This document shows, piece after piece, positions 26,231 to 35,734 of a DNA stretch of 35,967 nucleotides. The DNA comes from Deltaproteobacteria bacterium (lineage in GTDB: Bacteria; Desulfobacterota; Binatia; Bin18), in the NCBI GenBank assembly GCA_016200595.1, contig JACQEL010000583.1, forward strand, positions 1-35,967. Direction: 5' to 3'. Under the pieces are notes generated by a model. The model saw nothing but the letters and a program-made list of their open reading frames with translations, ran no database searches and was not told the DNA's origin. Numbering within the stretch: position 1 is the stretch's first letter; each line of letters starts with the position of its first letter. Made by a program: the position numbers and the translations under genes.

Positions 26231-26534
26231 GGTTGTTCTTCTCGATCAGTTCCTTTGGTACTCTCAGACGTGGCCCTTCTGCCAATCCTGGTTGGGGAAG
26301 ATCAATAAGGGCCGAATCCTTCTTGGTCTCAAGCACACTCACCTTCACTCGACCGTCCACTTCTTCCCCTGTCCGAGGGTCCCGGGAAACAAGGACACTA
26401 CTTTTGTCCACCAGAGCAGATATCCTACGTCCATCGGGAAGCTCGACCAACACCCCTCTCTCATGTGAAAACATCCCCTGAGAGACTTTGCATTTCAGCA
26501 GTGCTGTTGCTGACTCAGAGGTCTTCTTTTTCAT
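26220..26534 (-). CDS. Hypothetical small protein (104 aa) overlapping the dcd start by 11 nt
   Basis: An ORF with an MKKK start whose stop overlaps the dcd GTG. I recognise no motif. Confidence 0.5.
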   Translation of the reverse strand: MKKKTSESATALLKCKVSQGMFSHERGVLVELPDGRRISALVDKSSVLVSRDPRTGEEVDGRVKVSVLETKKDSALIDLPQPGLAEGPRLRVPKELIEKNNRDS

Positions 26535-26854
26535 TTTTGCCGTTCCTCCCTAGGGCAGCCGATAGACGCCCTGCAGTCGAAAGTCAACTCCCTCTCAGGT
26601 GCAGAATGTGTCCTCTTCGACCAGTACCGCTCGCACTGGCGGACCAGCTGCCAGTGGCACCCAAACAGGTGGTGTTATCAGCGAATCCATATCTTGCTGG
26701 AGCGTTTCTATATAGGCTCAATGATGGGCAAGCAGTACGAGACAACGTTGTTCAGTGAAAGGCAAGAAGCGGCAGGAGGCGGAAAGAAGATCCAAGCCCA
26801 GAATCTTTTTGGGCCTCCGTTCCCGCTGCTCCGCTCTCCGGCACCGACTAAGAC

Positions 26855-28039
26855 TTACTTTTTCTCAGCCTCAGCATCCGCGCCTTGCTGTTTCCGCAGC
26901 GCGCCGCTGACGATTTTGTATTCCAAGAGCCGGCATTCGAGGGAGCCGTTGAAGAGGGGGGTGCGACGGCTGGCCGCCAGACCGATCAACTTGGGCAGAC
27001 GCAGATCTGCCGTGAACAGGTACGCGCGCCAGCCAGCGAAGTTTCGCTTCAGGCTGTCACCGAGACGCGGGTAGAACGCGGCCAACTGCTCCTTATCACC
27101 GAGGCGGACCCCGTAGGGTGGGTTCGTCACCAGTATCCCCTCCCCAGCCGGCGGCTTGAGATCCAGCAGGTCGGCCTGCTTGAGTGCCACCGTATCGACC
27201 AAGCCGGCGGCCTTGAGATTGGTCCGCGCCGCCTGGATCGCGGCCCCCTGGATGTCGCTCCCATAAATGGCACAATGCGCCTTCGGCAGTTGCTGCGCCC
27301 GGCCGGCCTCGCACAGCGCCTGCCACTGACGAGCGGCAAAGTTGTTCAGCTTCTCGAACGCAAAGCGCCGCCCCAGCCCCGGCGGAATGTTCCGCGCGAT
27401 CAACGCCGCTTCCAACACGAAGGTGCCGCTCCCGCACATCGGGTCGAGCAACGGTTGCTGCGCAGTCCAGCCCACCAGCCGCAGAATGCCCGCCGCGAGA
27501 TTCTCCCGCACCGGCGCCTCGCTGACGGCGGTGCGCAGCCCGCGCTTGAAGAGGGCCTCACCCGAGGTATCGAGGTAGAGCGTCACGGTTTGACGGTCCA
27601 GAAACGCGTCAATGCGGATATCTGGTCGGCGTGTGGCCACGTCGGGACGACCGCCGGCGACCACGCGGAAGCGATCGCAGATCGCGTCCTTGATCCGCAG
27701 GGTGACAAAATCCAGGCTGCGCAGCGGGCACTGCTGGGCACTGACCTTCACCTTGATCGTGCGGCGGACGGGAAACCACGTCGGCCAGGGCAGCACATGC
27801 GCGGCCTGAAAAATATCGCGCTCGTCGCGGTAGGTGCCGTGAAAGACGCGCCACAGCACCCGGCTGGCGATCCGGCTGTAGAGGTTGACGGCGTAGCAGA
27901 GGGCAAACGGGCCGGTGAAGGACACCCCACCAGGGAGGGCGTGCACGTCCTGCGCACCCAACTGCTCCAGCTCGGTACCCAGCACCGCCTCCAGCCCACG
28001 AGGGCACGGGGCAAAGAAGGTCTCGTTTTGCTTACTCAT
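26855..28039 (-). CDS. THUMP-domain class I SAM-dependent RNA methyltransferase (RlmL N-terminal-half / COG0116 type)
   Basis: FFAPCPRGLEAVLGTELEQLGA, SAM motif DPMCGSGTFVLEAAL and motif IV ILVTNPPYGVRLG. I prefer the start MSKQNETFF at 28039 over the track start at 28117. Confidence 0.8.
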   Translation of the reverse strand: MSKQNETFFAPCPRGLEAVLGTELEQLGAQDVHALPGGVSFTGPFALCYAVNLYSRIASRVLWRVFHGTYRDERDIFQAAHVLPWPTWFPVRRTIKVKVSAQQCPLRSLDFVTLRIKDAICDRFRVVAGGRPDVATRRPDIRIDAFLDRQTVTLYLDTSGEALFKRGLRTAVSEAPVRENLAAGILRLVGWTAQQPLLDPMCGSGTFVLEAALIARNIPPGLGRRFAFEKLNNFAARQWQALCEAGRAQQLPKAHCAIYGSDIQGAAIQAARTNLKAAGLVDTVALKQADLLDLKPPAGEGILVTNPPYGVRLGDKEQLAAFYPRLGDSLKRNFAGWRAYLFTADLRLPKLIGLAASRRTPLFNGSLECRLLEYKIVSGALRKQQGADAEAEKK

Positions 28040-28383
28040 AGCGGTAGGCATTGGCAGAGAGGAAAGACGAAAACGGAGACCGTAACAAAATGGGGGCTGG
28101 AAGATACGCGGCTGCAAAACAGGGTGCGATGCCCAACTATGTAACTTCCTGCCCCATCATTTCGACCCACAAAGAAAAACAGCAACTTCGAGCTCGCATT
28201 GGAAAACTACCTCAGGCTATCGCGCCCCTTTCTTGTAGCGGATTTTGCTAACAAACAGAAGCAATTCGGTCGGTTCTTGATGGCCGCCCCGCTATTCGCC
28301 CTCGTGTGAGAGAACGCCACGCTGTCCAGGGTGATTGCTGCCCTTTTGCCCTCCTGGCTGAGGTACTTTCTCAACCGGAGGAC

Positions 28384-30183
28384 TCACCGCTGTTTCTCCT
28401 CAAGTTCGGCCCAGCGCGCGTAGAGCGTCTCCACCGCCATACGAGCGGCCTCCCACGCTGCGTAGCAATCCTGCACCGCAACTGGATCCGAGGCTACGGT
28501 GGGATCATCCAACGCGCGCCGGCTCGCCGCGAGGACCTCTTCTGCTGCCAGGATCTTCTGTTCCATCTGTTCCCATTCGCGCTGCTCCAGAGAGGAGCGG
28601 CGCGTCCCGCGCTGGGTATCTCGGCGAGGCGGCTTCGGCGTGGAGGAGCGGGCCTCTGGCGTCTCCCTCTTTTGCGCAGCCTCCCACTGCGCGTAATCGG
28701 CGAAGAACACGCCCGGGCCGGTCCCATCGAGTGCGAGAATCAGGGTAGAAACGCGTTCCAGCAGCAAGCGGTCATGGGTGACAAGCACCAAGGTGCCCGG
28801 AAAGTCCACCAGGCTTTCCTCCAGTACCTCCAACGTTGGGATGTCGAGGTCATTCGTCGGCTCGTCCAGCAGTAAGAGATCTGCGGGTTGGAGCATAAGG
28901 CGCGCGATCAGGAGACGCGCCTGCTCACCTCCGGACAGCTGATGGACCGGCGTCTCTAGCTGATCGGCGCGGAAGAGGACCCGCTTGGCCCATGTGGCGA
29001 CATGGATAGATTGGCCTCGATAGCTCAGCATATCACCTTGGGGAACCAAGGTACGTTTCACACTGAGGTCAGGGTCGAGCGCGGCGCGGTTCTGCTCGAA
29101 GTAGACAACCCGGAGATCCTTTGCCTGTTCCAACTCGCCGCTGTCAGGTGCCGTTATGCCAGCGAGCAGGCGCAGCAAGGTGGTCTTGCCGCTGCCGTTG
29201 GGTCCCAGGAGACCAAGCCGCATCCCAGCAGTCAGCGTGAGGTCTATGCCTTTCAGGATTGGTTTGGGACCGAAGGCTTTCGTGAGATGTCGTGCGACTA
29301 GTAGCTTTTTCGACTGCCGGTCTGAGCTGGTAAACTCGATCCCCGCCGTCTGCTGCACAGTCCTTGTCTTAAGGTCCTCTAGGTCCTGTTTGAGTCGCCC
29401 CGCCTCTTTCACGCGGGCGTGGGCCTTGGTGGTGCGGGCCTTGGCTCCCTGCCGCAGCCATGCCATCTCGCGGCGGACCGTGTTCGCCAGGGACGCTTGA
29501 TAGACCGTCTGAGCCCGGAGGGCTTCCTCCCGCTTCTCGAGAAAATCGCTGTAGCGGCCTTCGGTCTCGAAGAGACCTCCAGGATAGGCGCGGTTGAGTT
29601 CCAGCATCCGCGTCGCCACGTGCTCCAGGAAGTACCGGTCGTGGCTGACAACAAGAGAGGCCAGGGGCTCGACCTGCAGGAGCTGTTCGAGCCACAGAAT
29701 ACCTTCGACATCCAAATGGTTGGTCGGCTCATCGAGCAAAAGGACCGTAGGAGCCTTCACCAACTCGCGGGCAATGGCCAGCCGCTTCTTCCATCCGCCC
29801 GACAGTGCAGCTACGGGCTGGTGGAAGTCGGTGAACCCAGCACGCCCCAAGGAGACCGCAATTCTCGTCGTTTTTTCGAACTCTTCCTGCTTATCCGTGA
29901 CAAGTGCTTCTTGCAGCACTTCCTCCACTGTGTGAGCTGGGGGAAACTCTGGCTCCTGCGGCACATACCCTACGCTTACAAGGCGTCGCACAGAGCGCGT
30001 GCCACTGTCCGGCGCTTCGACCCCAGCCAGGACCTTGAGGAGAGTTGATTTCCCGGAACCATTCGGACCAACGAGGCCGACACGGTCGCCTTCACACAGG
30101 CCGAAGGAGAGTCTGGTGAACAGCGGTTGGGCGTTGTACGCTTTGCTGATCGCCTCGCAGCTGAGGAGGAGGGCCCGACTCAT
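28384..30183 (-). CDS. ABC-F family ATPase (Uup-like, two ABC cassettes + C-terminal coiled coil)
   Basis: GLVGPNGSGKSTLL / LSGGWKKRLAIA / LLLDEPTNHLD, and GLLGPNGSGKTTLL / LSGGEQARLLIA / LLLDEPTNDLD. The true start MSRALLLSCEAISKAY is at 30183. The track's 80-aa N-terminal extension overlaps the GIY-YIG gene in another frame. Confidence 0.85.
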   Translation of the reverse strand: MSRALLLSCEAISKAYNAQPLFTRLSFGLCEGDRVGLVGPNGSGKSTLLKVLAGVEAPDSGTRSVRRLVSVGYVPQEPEFPPAHTVEEVLQEALVTDKQEEFEKTTRIAVSLGRAGFTDFHQPVAALSGGWKKRLAIARELVKAPTVLLLDEPTNHLDVEGILWLEQLLQVEPLASLVVSHDRYFLEHVATRMLELNRAYPGGLFETEGRYSDFLEKREEALRAQTVYQASLANTVRREMAWLRQGAKARTTKAHARVKEAGRLKQDLEDLKTRTVQQTAGIEFTSSDRQSKKLLVARHLTKAFGPKPILKGIDLTLTAGMRLGLLGPNGSGKTTLLRLLAGITAPDSGELEQAKDLRVVYFEQNRAALDPDLSVKRTLVPQGDMLSYRGQSIHVATWAKRVLFRADQLETPVHQLSGGEQARLLIARLMLQPADLLLLDEPTNDLDIPTLEVLEESLVDFPGTLVLVTHDRLLLERVSTLILALDGTGPGVFFADYAQWEAAQKRETPEARSSTPKPPRRDTQRGTRRSSLEQREWEQMEQKILAAEEVLAASRRALDDPTVASDPVAVQDCYAAWEAARMAVETLYARWAELEEKQR

Positions 30184-30446
30184 GGCGTTACGGGTCCTAG
30201 GTCCTGCGCAGTTTTCACGAACGCCTCCTTCTGGGTCCGGGTCAGTCTTTTGATGCGGTGCTCCTCTTTCAAGGCCTCGCTCCAGGAGTACACCTGGCGT
30301 GTCCACCAGAGGGTCACCGGCAGATGCGCCCGCGTGTATTTCGAGGCCTGACCAGCCTGATGCTGCTTCAGGCGCTTTGACATATTCGTTGTAATCCCAG
30401 TATAGAGCGAGCCATCGCCGCATCGGAGGATATAGACAAAGGCCAT
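30180..30446 (-). CDS. GIY-YIG nuclease family protein (UPF0213/YhbQ-like)
   Basis: MAFVYILRCGDGSLYTGITTNMSKRLKQHQAG...YTR. The stop TGA overlaps the ABC-F ATG as ATGA. Confidence 0.85.
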   Translation of the reverse strand: MAFVYILRCGDGSLYTGITTNMSKRLKQHQAGQASKYTRAHLPVTLWWTRQVYSWSEALKEEHRIKRLTRTQKEAFVKTAQDLGPVTP

Positions 30447-30602
30447 ACCAGAATTATAAGGACCTCAGCGCGCGCCGGCCATCGGGGTGACGGTTTCGCT
30501 GGTGACTCCCAGCCTGAGAACGCAAAAAGAATCCAGCGCGGATTAACCCGCTGATCACCCCTCGGACCGTAAGTGAGCGGAGGCGGGACCACTCCATACC
30601 TC

Positions 30603-30743
30603 CTAGACAATGACTGAAACCAGCGGTTCCCGGGACACCGAGACATCTTCAGGAATAGGCTCGCCGTCTTCGATCACTTCGGCCGCGATCATATGGACCA
30701 CTTCATTATGGGGTAAGAGCGCTTCCGTTATCTCTTCGAGCAT
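30603..30743 (-). CDS. Candidate small acidic ORF (46 aa), below the ORF-track cut-off
   Basis: My own translation gives MLEEITEALLPHNEVVHMIAAEVIEDGEPIPEDVSVSREPLVSVIV. GGAAAGGAG lies 8 nt upstream of the ATG (complement of 30741-30743). I recognise no homology. Confidence 0.3.
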   Translation of the reverse strand: MLEEITEALLPHNEVVHMIAAEVIEDGEPIPEDVSVSREPLVSVIV

Positions 30744-30797
30744 CCTGGCGGCTCCTTTCCTGAGAGCACCTCACTGCCCTATGTTAGCCGATTGCGT

Positions 30798-30827
30798 TTG
30801 ACAGGTGGACGATTGTCCACCTATACT
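30798..30827 (+). promoter_or_regulatory. Sigma70-type promoter with a perfect palindromic operator filling the spacer (candidate LexA-like autoregulatory site)
   Basis: TTGACA (30798-30803), then GGTGGAC-GATT-GTCCACC (30804-30821), then TATACT (30822-30827). The RBS AAAGGAGAAGG and ATG 30874 lie downstream. Confidence 0.55.
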
Positions 30828-30873
30828 AGGGATAAGGGAAGTGGGCACTCGTTTGCCAAAAGGAGAAGGTACT

Positions 30874-31452
30874 ATGGATCCCATCCAGCGATTGCAACCC
30901 CTCATCCAGTTCTACCGGGGGCGAAGGCGCATGCCTAGTGTACGGGAGCTCGCCCGGCTGTGGGGCTTTCGCTCACAAAATGCGGCCGACAAGCTCGCGC
31001 GTCATCTTATTGCCCGCGGGTTCTTGGCCAAAGATACCACCGGGAAACTGCTCCCCAGCCGCTTCTTCTATGAGGTGCGGATCTTAGGGACGGTCGAAGC
31101 CGGCTTCCCTTCTCCAGCGGAAGAGGAGCTCGGGGACACCATGGATCTCGATGAGTTCCTCATTAAGAACAAGGAAGCTACCTACATGCTCAAGGTGACC
31201 GGGGACTCGATGAAGGATGCGGGGATCCTCCCGGGCGATATGGTGTTGGTGGAGCGTGGGGTAGAGCCGCACGACGGGGATATCGTCATCGCCCACATCG
31301 ATCACGCCTGGACCCTGAAGTATCTGCGCAAGCGCGGCCGTAAGGTCTGGTTGGAGCCGGCCAACAAGAGATACAAACCCATCTTTCCTACAGAGGAACT
31401 GAAAATTGCTGCAGTGGTCATCGCCGTCATTCGCAAATACCGTGATGAGTGA
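30874..31452 (+). CDS. LexA-family repressor / S24 peptidase
   Basis: An N-terminal wHTH-like segment (SVRELARLWGFRSQNAADKLARHL), the cleavage site VEAGFPSP, Ser motif VTGDSMKDAGILPGDMVLV and Lys motif WTLKYLRKRG. The track's GTG at 30805 lies inside the promoter. Confidence 0.8.
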   Translation: MDPIQRLQPLIQFYRGRRRMPSVRELARLWGFRSQNAADKLARHLIARGFLAKDTTGKLLPSRFFYEVRILGTVEAGFPSPAEEELGDTMDLDEFLIKNKEATYMLKVTGDSMKDAGILPGDMVLVERGVEPHDGDIVIAHIDHAWTLKYLRKRGRKVWLEPANKRYKPIFPTEELKIAAVVIAVIRKYRDE

Positions 31453-32764
31453 GGAAACTCCGCTCACCCTGCACGCGTTCCCGCGGGCCATCCTCCATAT
31501 CGATGGCGATGCCTTCTTTGCGTCTTGCGAGCAGTCCCGCAACCCCCACTTACAAGGCAAACCGGTGATCACCGGCAAAGAGCGCGGGATTGTGGCCTCG
31601 ATGAGTTACGAAGCCAAAGCTCGCGGAGTGACCCGCGGGATGCGCCTCTTCGAGGTGAAGCGGCTGTGTCCAGATGCGGTCATCCTGCCCTCGGACTACG
31701 AGACCTATAGCCTACTCTCGGTGCGCCTCTTTGCGATTGTCCGGCGCTATACGCCCGAAGTAGAGGAGTACAGTATCGACGAGTGCTTCGCTGATCTCAC
31801 CGGATTACGCCGGCCACTGCGGCTGTCGTACCAGCAGATGGCCGAGCGGATTAAGCACGCGCTGGATGCAGAGCTGGGGTTTACCTTCTCGGTCGGGTTA
31901 GCGCCGAACAAAGTGATTGCCAAGATTGCCTCGAAGTGGCAGAAACCTTCGGGACTCACGGTGATCCCGGGATACGGTATTCACCAGTTTCTCAAAGACG
32001 TGCCGGTCGGCAAGGTCTGGGGCATTGGCCCGCAGACCGCCGCGCTGCTGGAAAAGCACGGGATGCGCACGGCCCTGCAGTTTGCCCGCAAGTCGGAGGT
32101 CTGGGTCAAGAAGCTGCTGACCAAACCCTTCTACGACATCTGGCAGGAGTTGAATGGGCGCTACGTGTTGCCCCTCGTCACTGTAGAGAAAACCTCGTAC
32201 CAATCCATCCAGAAATGGAAGACGTTCACGCCTCCGTCGCGCGATCGCGATTTTGTGTTGGCCCAGCTCTCCAAGAATATCGAGAATGCCTGCCTCAAGG
32301 CCCGGAAATATCGGCTCGCCGCGCGTGGGGCTATCGTCTCGCTGAAGACCCAGCAATTTCTGGTGCGGGGGATCGAGGTAAAGTTCTCGCGGGCCACGGC
32401 CTTCCCCCATGACATTCTCCACGTGATTCAGCCGGCCTTTGCGCAGCTCTTTCAGTCCGACGAGGAATATCGCGCCACTGGAGTGGTACTGCTGCGCCTC
32501 GAAGAAGATACCATGCGGCAACTGGAACTCTTCGAGGACACACTCAAGATTGAGAAATTCTCCCGGGTCTATCAGGCGATGGATCACTTACGTGAGCAAT
32601 TCGGTAAGCACACGGTGTTTTTGGGGTCGAGTTATTTGGCCCACCGTTTCGCTCAGCACCTTGGGGCGCGAGGTGACGCGCCAGAGCGTACCGGGCGCCT
32701 CTTCAAAGGCGAGACCAAACGCAAGCGGTTGGCGATCCCGATGTTTATGGGGGAAGTGCGGTAA
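31445..32764 (+). CDS. Y-family DNA polymerase (DinB/UmuC-like)
   Basis: ILHIDGDAFFASCEQ, YSIDECFADLTG and GLAPNKVIAKIAS. The ATG at 31445 overlaps the end of the LexA-like gene by 8 nt. Confidence 0.85.
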   Translation: MSEETPLTLHAFPRAILHIDGDAFFASCEQSRNPHLQGKPVITGKERGIVASMSYEAKARGVTRGMRLFEVKRLCPDAVILPSDYETYSLLSVRLFAIVRRYTPEVEEYSIDECFADLTGLRRPLRLSYQQMAERIKHALDAELGFTFSVGLAPNKVIAKIASKWQKPSGLTVIPGYGIHQFLKDVPVGKVWGIGPQTAALLEKHGMRTALQFARKSEVWVKKLLTKPFYDIWQELNGRYVLPLVTVEKTSYQSIQKWKTFTPPSRDRDFVLAQLSKNIENACLKARKYRLAARGAIVSLKTQQFLVRGIEVKFSRATAFPHDILHVIQPAFAQLFQSDEEYRATGVVLLRLEEDTMRQLELFEDTLKIEKFSRVYQAMDHLREQFGKHTVFLGSSYLAHRFAQHLGARGDAPERTGRLFKGETKRKRLAIPMFMGEVR

Positions 32765-32905
32765 GAGGCTGTCTTCTGTGCCCAGATACGAGGATTAGCA
32801 CGCCCCGTGCTGTGGGGTACTCAGCATGACACGGCTGAGGGATCACATCATGAAGTGTACCAATGTCATGCATTCTGGTGTAGTGCAGTTAAAAGGAGGA
32901 ACACT

Positions 32906-34087
32906 ATGAACGGATTCGATCGATTTTGGCGATTAGCCTTAGAAAGGAAAAGTAGGGGGGAAGGCCAAAGCGCGGACAAACTCTTGCCGCAGGTTGATGC
33001 CTTATGGCCGGGGAGCGTCACGATACCCGGGTTGTCAGAGGATCTCAGGCATTTCAACTTTCCGGGCAAACTGGCGCTTTTGGCAACTGGGAAGCTCGAA
33101 AATCCGCAGCCGCGGCTCGACGACTTCATCAAGAGAGCTGCGCAGCTGGCGATGGGGAAGCAGGGGATCATTGAAACGAACATTCAACTTGAGGCCGTGA
33201 CGGGGGCCCTCGAAGGTATCCTGCGCCAGGGCGGCCTGTCCGAGATGTTTTTCGCGGCTCCCGAGGTCCGCAAAGAACTTGCCGAAGCCGTGAATGAAGT
33301 TGCCAAAGGCGGAGGCTTCTCGGAACAGTTAAGCGGCGAGTTGCTCCTCGACCTCCTGGCCTGGAAAGCCGCTCCAGCGTTGGGAAAGGGCCGCTCTGCA
33401 GACGAGGTAGAGCCTGTCAAAGCGGCCTTCAAGGAGGTGTTTGCTGGGAGCGGGCCGGTCGAGGGTATGTTTGCTGGCGAGGCAGGGACAACCCTCCTGG
33501 GGAAGGGCCTGGCAGCGGCGGTCAAGGAGTTAGGGCTCTCGGTTGACGAAGAAGAAGCCCTGACGGCAGTCCGGCTGTTATCAACTGGGGAATTCCTCAA
33601 TGATGCCGCCAACTCAATTGCCACAACGCTGAAAACCGTGCCGGAGGTGATCCTCAATGTCCCCGGGGATGTCATCAGTCTCCCGTGGCGGCTCTTCGGT
33701 CTGGCCAAAGGGATCGTTGACGGGCTCATCCAGCTGCCGGGCGAACTGCCCGAGGATCTGAGAAAGCTTGCGGCGTTGCAAGCCCCCAATAGTCCTGCGC
33801 TGCTCACGAATACGCTCGACTGGCTCTACACGAATGGCACTTTTCGCAGTGCGGCCCATCTGGTGTGGGAGTTGACAGCCCCAGACAATGAATCGCTCCG
33901 CTTGGCGCTTATTCTGTTTGCGCGCTCACGCGGAGTGCCAGTGACCGAGAAGGAATTGGATGCGGTGCGGAAGCTTTTCGATACCGACAACCCGACGCTG
34001 CAGCCCGTGCTTGAGGCCGGCATTACGTTCCTCAAAGAGCGCTATGCGGGCCGACTGGAAGCGGTGCTGCAGCCGCTCCATTTTTAA
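32906..34087 (+). CDS. Hypothetical protein (393 aa)
   Basis: ATG 32906 is preceded by AAGGAGG (32893-32899). The protein is Ala/Leu/Gly-rich and helical, with no recognised motif. Confidence 0.55.
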   Translation: MNGFDRFWRLALERKSRGEGQSADKLLPQVDALWPGSVTIPGLSEDLRHFNFPGKLALLATGKLENPQPRLDDFIKRAAQLAMGKQGIIETNIQLEAVTGALEGILRQGGLSEMFFAAPEVRKELAEAVNEVAKGGGFSEQLSGELLLDLLAWKAAPALGKGRSADEVEPVKAAFKEVFAGSGPVEGMFAGEAGTTLLGKGLAAAVKELGLSVDEEEALTAVRLLSTGEFLNDAANSIATTLKTVPEVILNVPGDVISLPWRLFGLAKGIVDGLIQLPGELPEDLRKLAALQAPNSPALLTNTLDWLYTNGTFRSAAHLVWELTAPDNESLRLALILFARSRGVPVTEKELDAVRKLFDTDNPTLQPVLEAGITFLKERYAGRLEAVLQPLHF

Positions 34088-34250
34088 CTTCTTCATGTCC
34101 GATGTGTACAAGAAGGAGCGGCACCAACAAAGAAGAGCCGAAGCGCGACCGGGAGTTCCATTTTCGGCCCTGGAGTAGTGAGAAATGGCGGTCAACTAAA
34201 TCAGACCACATAAGATTCGTACACCACCTCACAGGCTGTTGACTCCGTCT

Positions 34251-34353
34251 CCGTTCGGCCTGAGCGTAGCGAAGCGAAGTCGAAGGCCCTGCGCAGAGCG
34301 ACAACCCCGCTCTTCGACTTCGCCGCGGACGCGGCTAGGCTCAGAGCGAACGG
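34251..34353. repeat. GC-rich nested palindromic element (MITE/REP-like)
   Basis: Outer arms are ccgttcggcctgagc (34251-34265) and gctcagagcgaacgg (34339-34353). The inner perfect 12-bp arms are gcgaagtcgaag and cttcgacttcgc (34312-34323). One frame reads PLFDFAADAARLRANGG, typical of dispersed GC-rich intergenic repeats. Confidence 0.55.
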
Positions 34354-34519
34354 GGGTGAGTTGATCTCAAAAAATGCAGCTCTGTACCAATGTCCCAGGG
34401 TTCGATTTAGGCAAAGGAGTTTAAGAGGCGGGTTTTTATGCCGCCCTGCCTTCTCAACTTTTCAGCGCGAGCCGCAAAAAGGGTGTAGTGACGTTTATGT
34501 CCATTTACTCCGGGCTCCC

Positions 34520-35734
34520 TCAAGGGCTTGAGGTTGAGCAGTTGCCGCTGTCCACGTCGCCACAGGCAGCATTGAGCAAGTCCACGAATCGCGAGTCTAG
34601 ATTCGACGCACCTATAAACTGAGGCGTAGTGTCAACCGGGCCGTAAGAGGAGACGGCGATGAGTAAGTTGCCTCCCCCAACGACTGGCGGCGCTCCGACC
34701 GGCTGCACGCCGAAGTCCTGAATCCAGGGACCGCCACTCACGCCCCCGCGCATCGCCGAGCCGTAGATATAGGTGTTATTCCCCCCTGACTCGAACGTCT
34801 GGGCGGTGGTCTGTGCCATTTTCAAGCCACGATCGAGATTGACGGGGTATCCGAGCACCGTGATGTGGTTGTTGCTCAGTGCATTGGTTTGCCAGCCGAG
34901 CCATCCCGTGACATCGCCGATTCTCTGGACCGCACTGCCAATAAACTGATCGTTCATAACGAGCAGCCCCACATCCTGCGCATTCGGGACTGAGCCGTCC
35001 GAGAAATACCAGGTGTTCGTGACCGAAGCGCCGCTGACCGTCCATGTCCCGTAGGGTGCCTTCCCATTCTTATAGGCCGGGATGAACAGCCAGTTCGTAT
35101 AGAAGTGGCGCAAGGCAGGGTTGGTGCTGGCTTCGGCGACACAGTGGCCAGCGGTGACCACAATGCGCGGTCTAAGAACAGAAGCCGAACAGAGGAAGTT
35201 GCCCACACCCTGAATAGTGAAGAACAGTTTGCCAGCGGTGCTGTAAGGATATTTTTGTACTGCATTAGCGGGAAAGACTCGACTCGTCGTGAAGTAAGCC
35301 CCAAAGTTGCTAGTGGCGAAAGGCATGACTCCGGTTTGCACCGGCAGGGTCGGCAGCAGGGTCGGTGGGATGAGCACCTTGCCCGCATTTGGCGGGACCT
35401 TCACTGAGGGTGGTGCCCCGCTCTCACCTTCGGGCAAGGCAGTATCAGCCAGGCCTTGAGGTGCAATCGGGAGTCCATTCGCGCCCACTTGTGGATGCAA
35501 CTCCACCGGCTTGGCGTTGAGAAGTCGCCGCGGGGTCCAATATTGCTCGACGGGCACTTGACCCAACGCGGCAGCCGAAGACTGAGTCGCAGAGGACGAC
35601 ATACCCCCAGGGGATGACGCGCTACCGCTCTGAGCATGCGCCGTTCCCGGCAAGACTAGGGGTGCCGCCCAGAGAAAGACCAGTCCTGAAGCTAAACACC
35701 AAAGAGCGATCCACTGCGTTTTTGGACACTGCAT
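34520..35734 (-). CDS. Secreted trypsin-like (S1 family) serine endopeptidase
   Basis: Signal peptide WIALWCLASGLVFLWAAPLVLPGTAHA, His motif VVTAGHCV and Ser motif RGGVSGGPW. Confidence 0.85.
   Translation of the reverse strand: MQCPKTQWIALWCLASGLVFLWAAPLVLPGTAHAQSGSASSPGGMSSSATQSSAAALGQVPVEQYWTPRRLLNAKPVELHPQVGANGLPIAPQGLADTALPEGESGAPPSVKVPPNAGKVLIPPTLLPTLPVQTGVMPFATSNFGAYFTTSRVFPANAVQKYPYSTAGKLFFTIQGVGNFLCSASVLRPRIVVTAGHCVAEASTNPALRHFYTNWLFIPAYKNGKAPYGTWTVSGASVTNTWYFSDGSVPNAQDVGLLVMNDQFIGSAVQRIGDVTGWLGWQTNALSNNHITVLGYPVNLDRGLKMAQTTAQTFESGGNNTYIYGSAMRGGVSGGPWIQDFGVQPVGAPPVVGGGNLLIAVSSYGPVDTTPQFIGASNLDSRFVDLLNAACGDVDSGNCSTSSP

Noticed and set aside
26885-28144. 419-aa plus-strand ORF
   Set aside because: It is antisense to the THUMP methyltransferase, which has unambiguous SAM and NPPY motifs. 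The plus-strand product is Arg/Pro/Gln-rich with no motifs, which is a GC-rich shadow ORF. The same reasoning applies to 2031..2831, 4366..5073, 5581..6135, 29419..30048, 31898..32587 and 33184..33807.
30184-30423. 80-aa N-terminal extension of the ABC-F ORF (track 28384..30423)
   Set aside because: The extension overlaps the GIY-YIG gene in another frame and lacks ABC-F sequence. MSRALLLSCEAISKAY at 30183 is a typical ABC-F N-terminus.
34426-34447. Possible rho-independent terminator downstream of the protease gene (ggcgg-loop-ccgcc)
   Set aside because: The stem is only 5 bp and no convincing U-tract follows on the minus strand.
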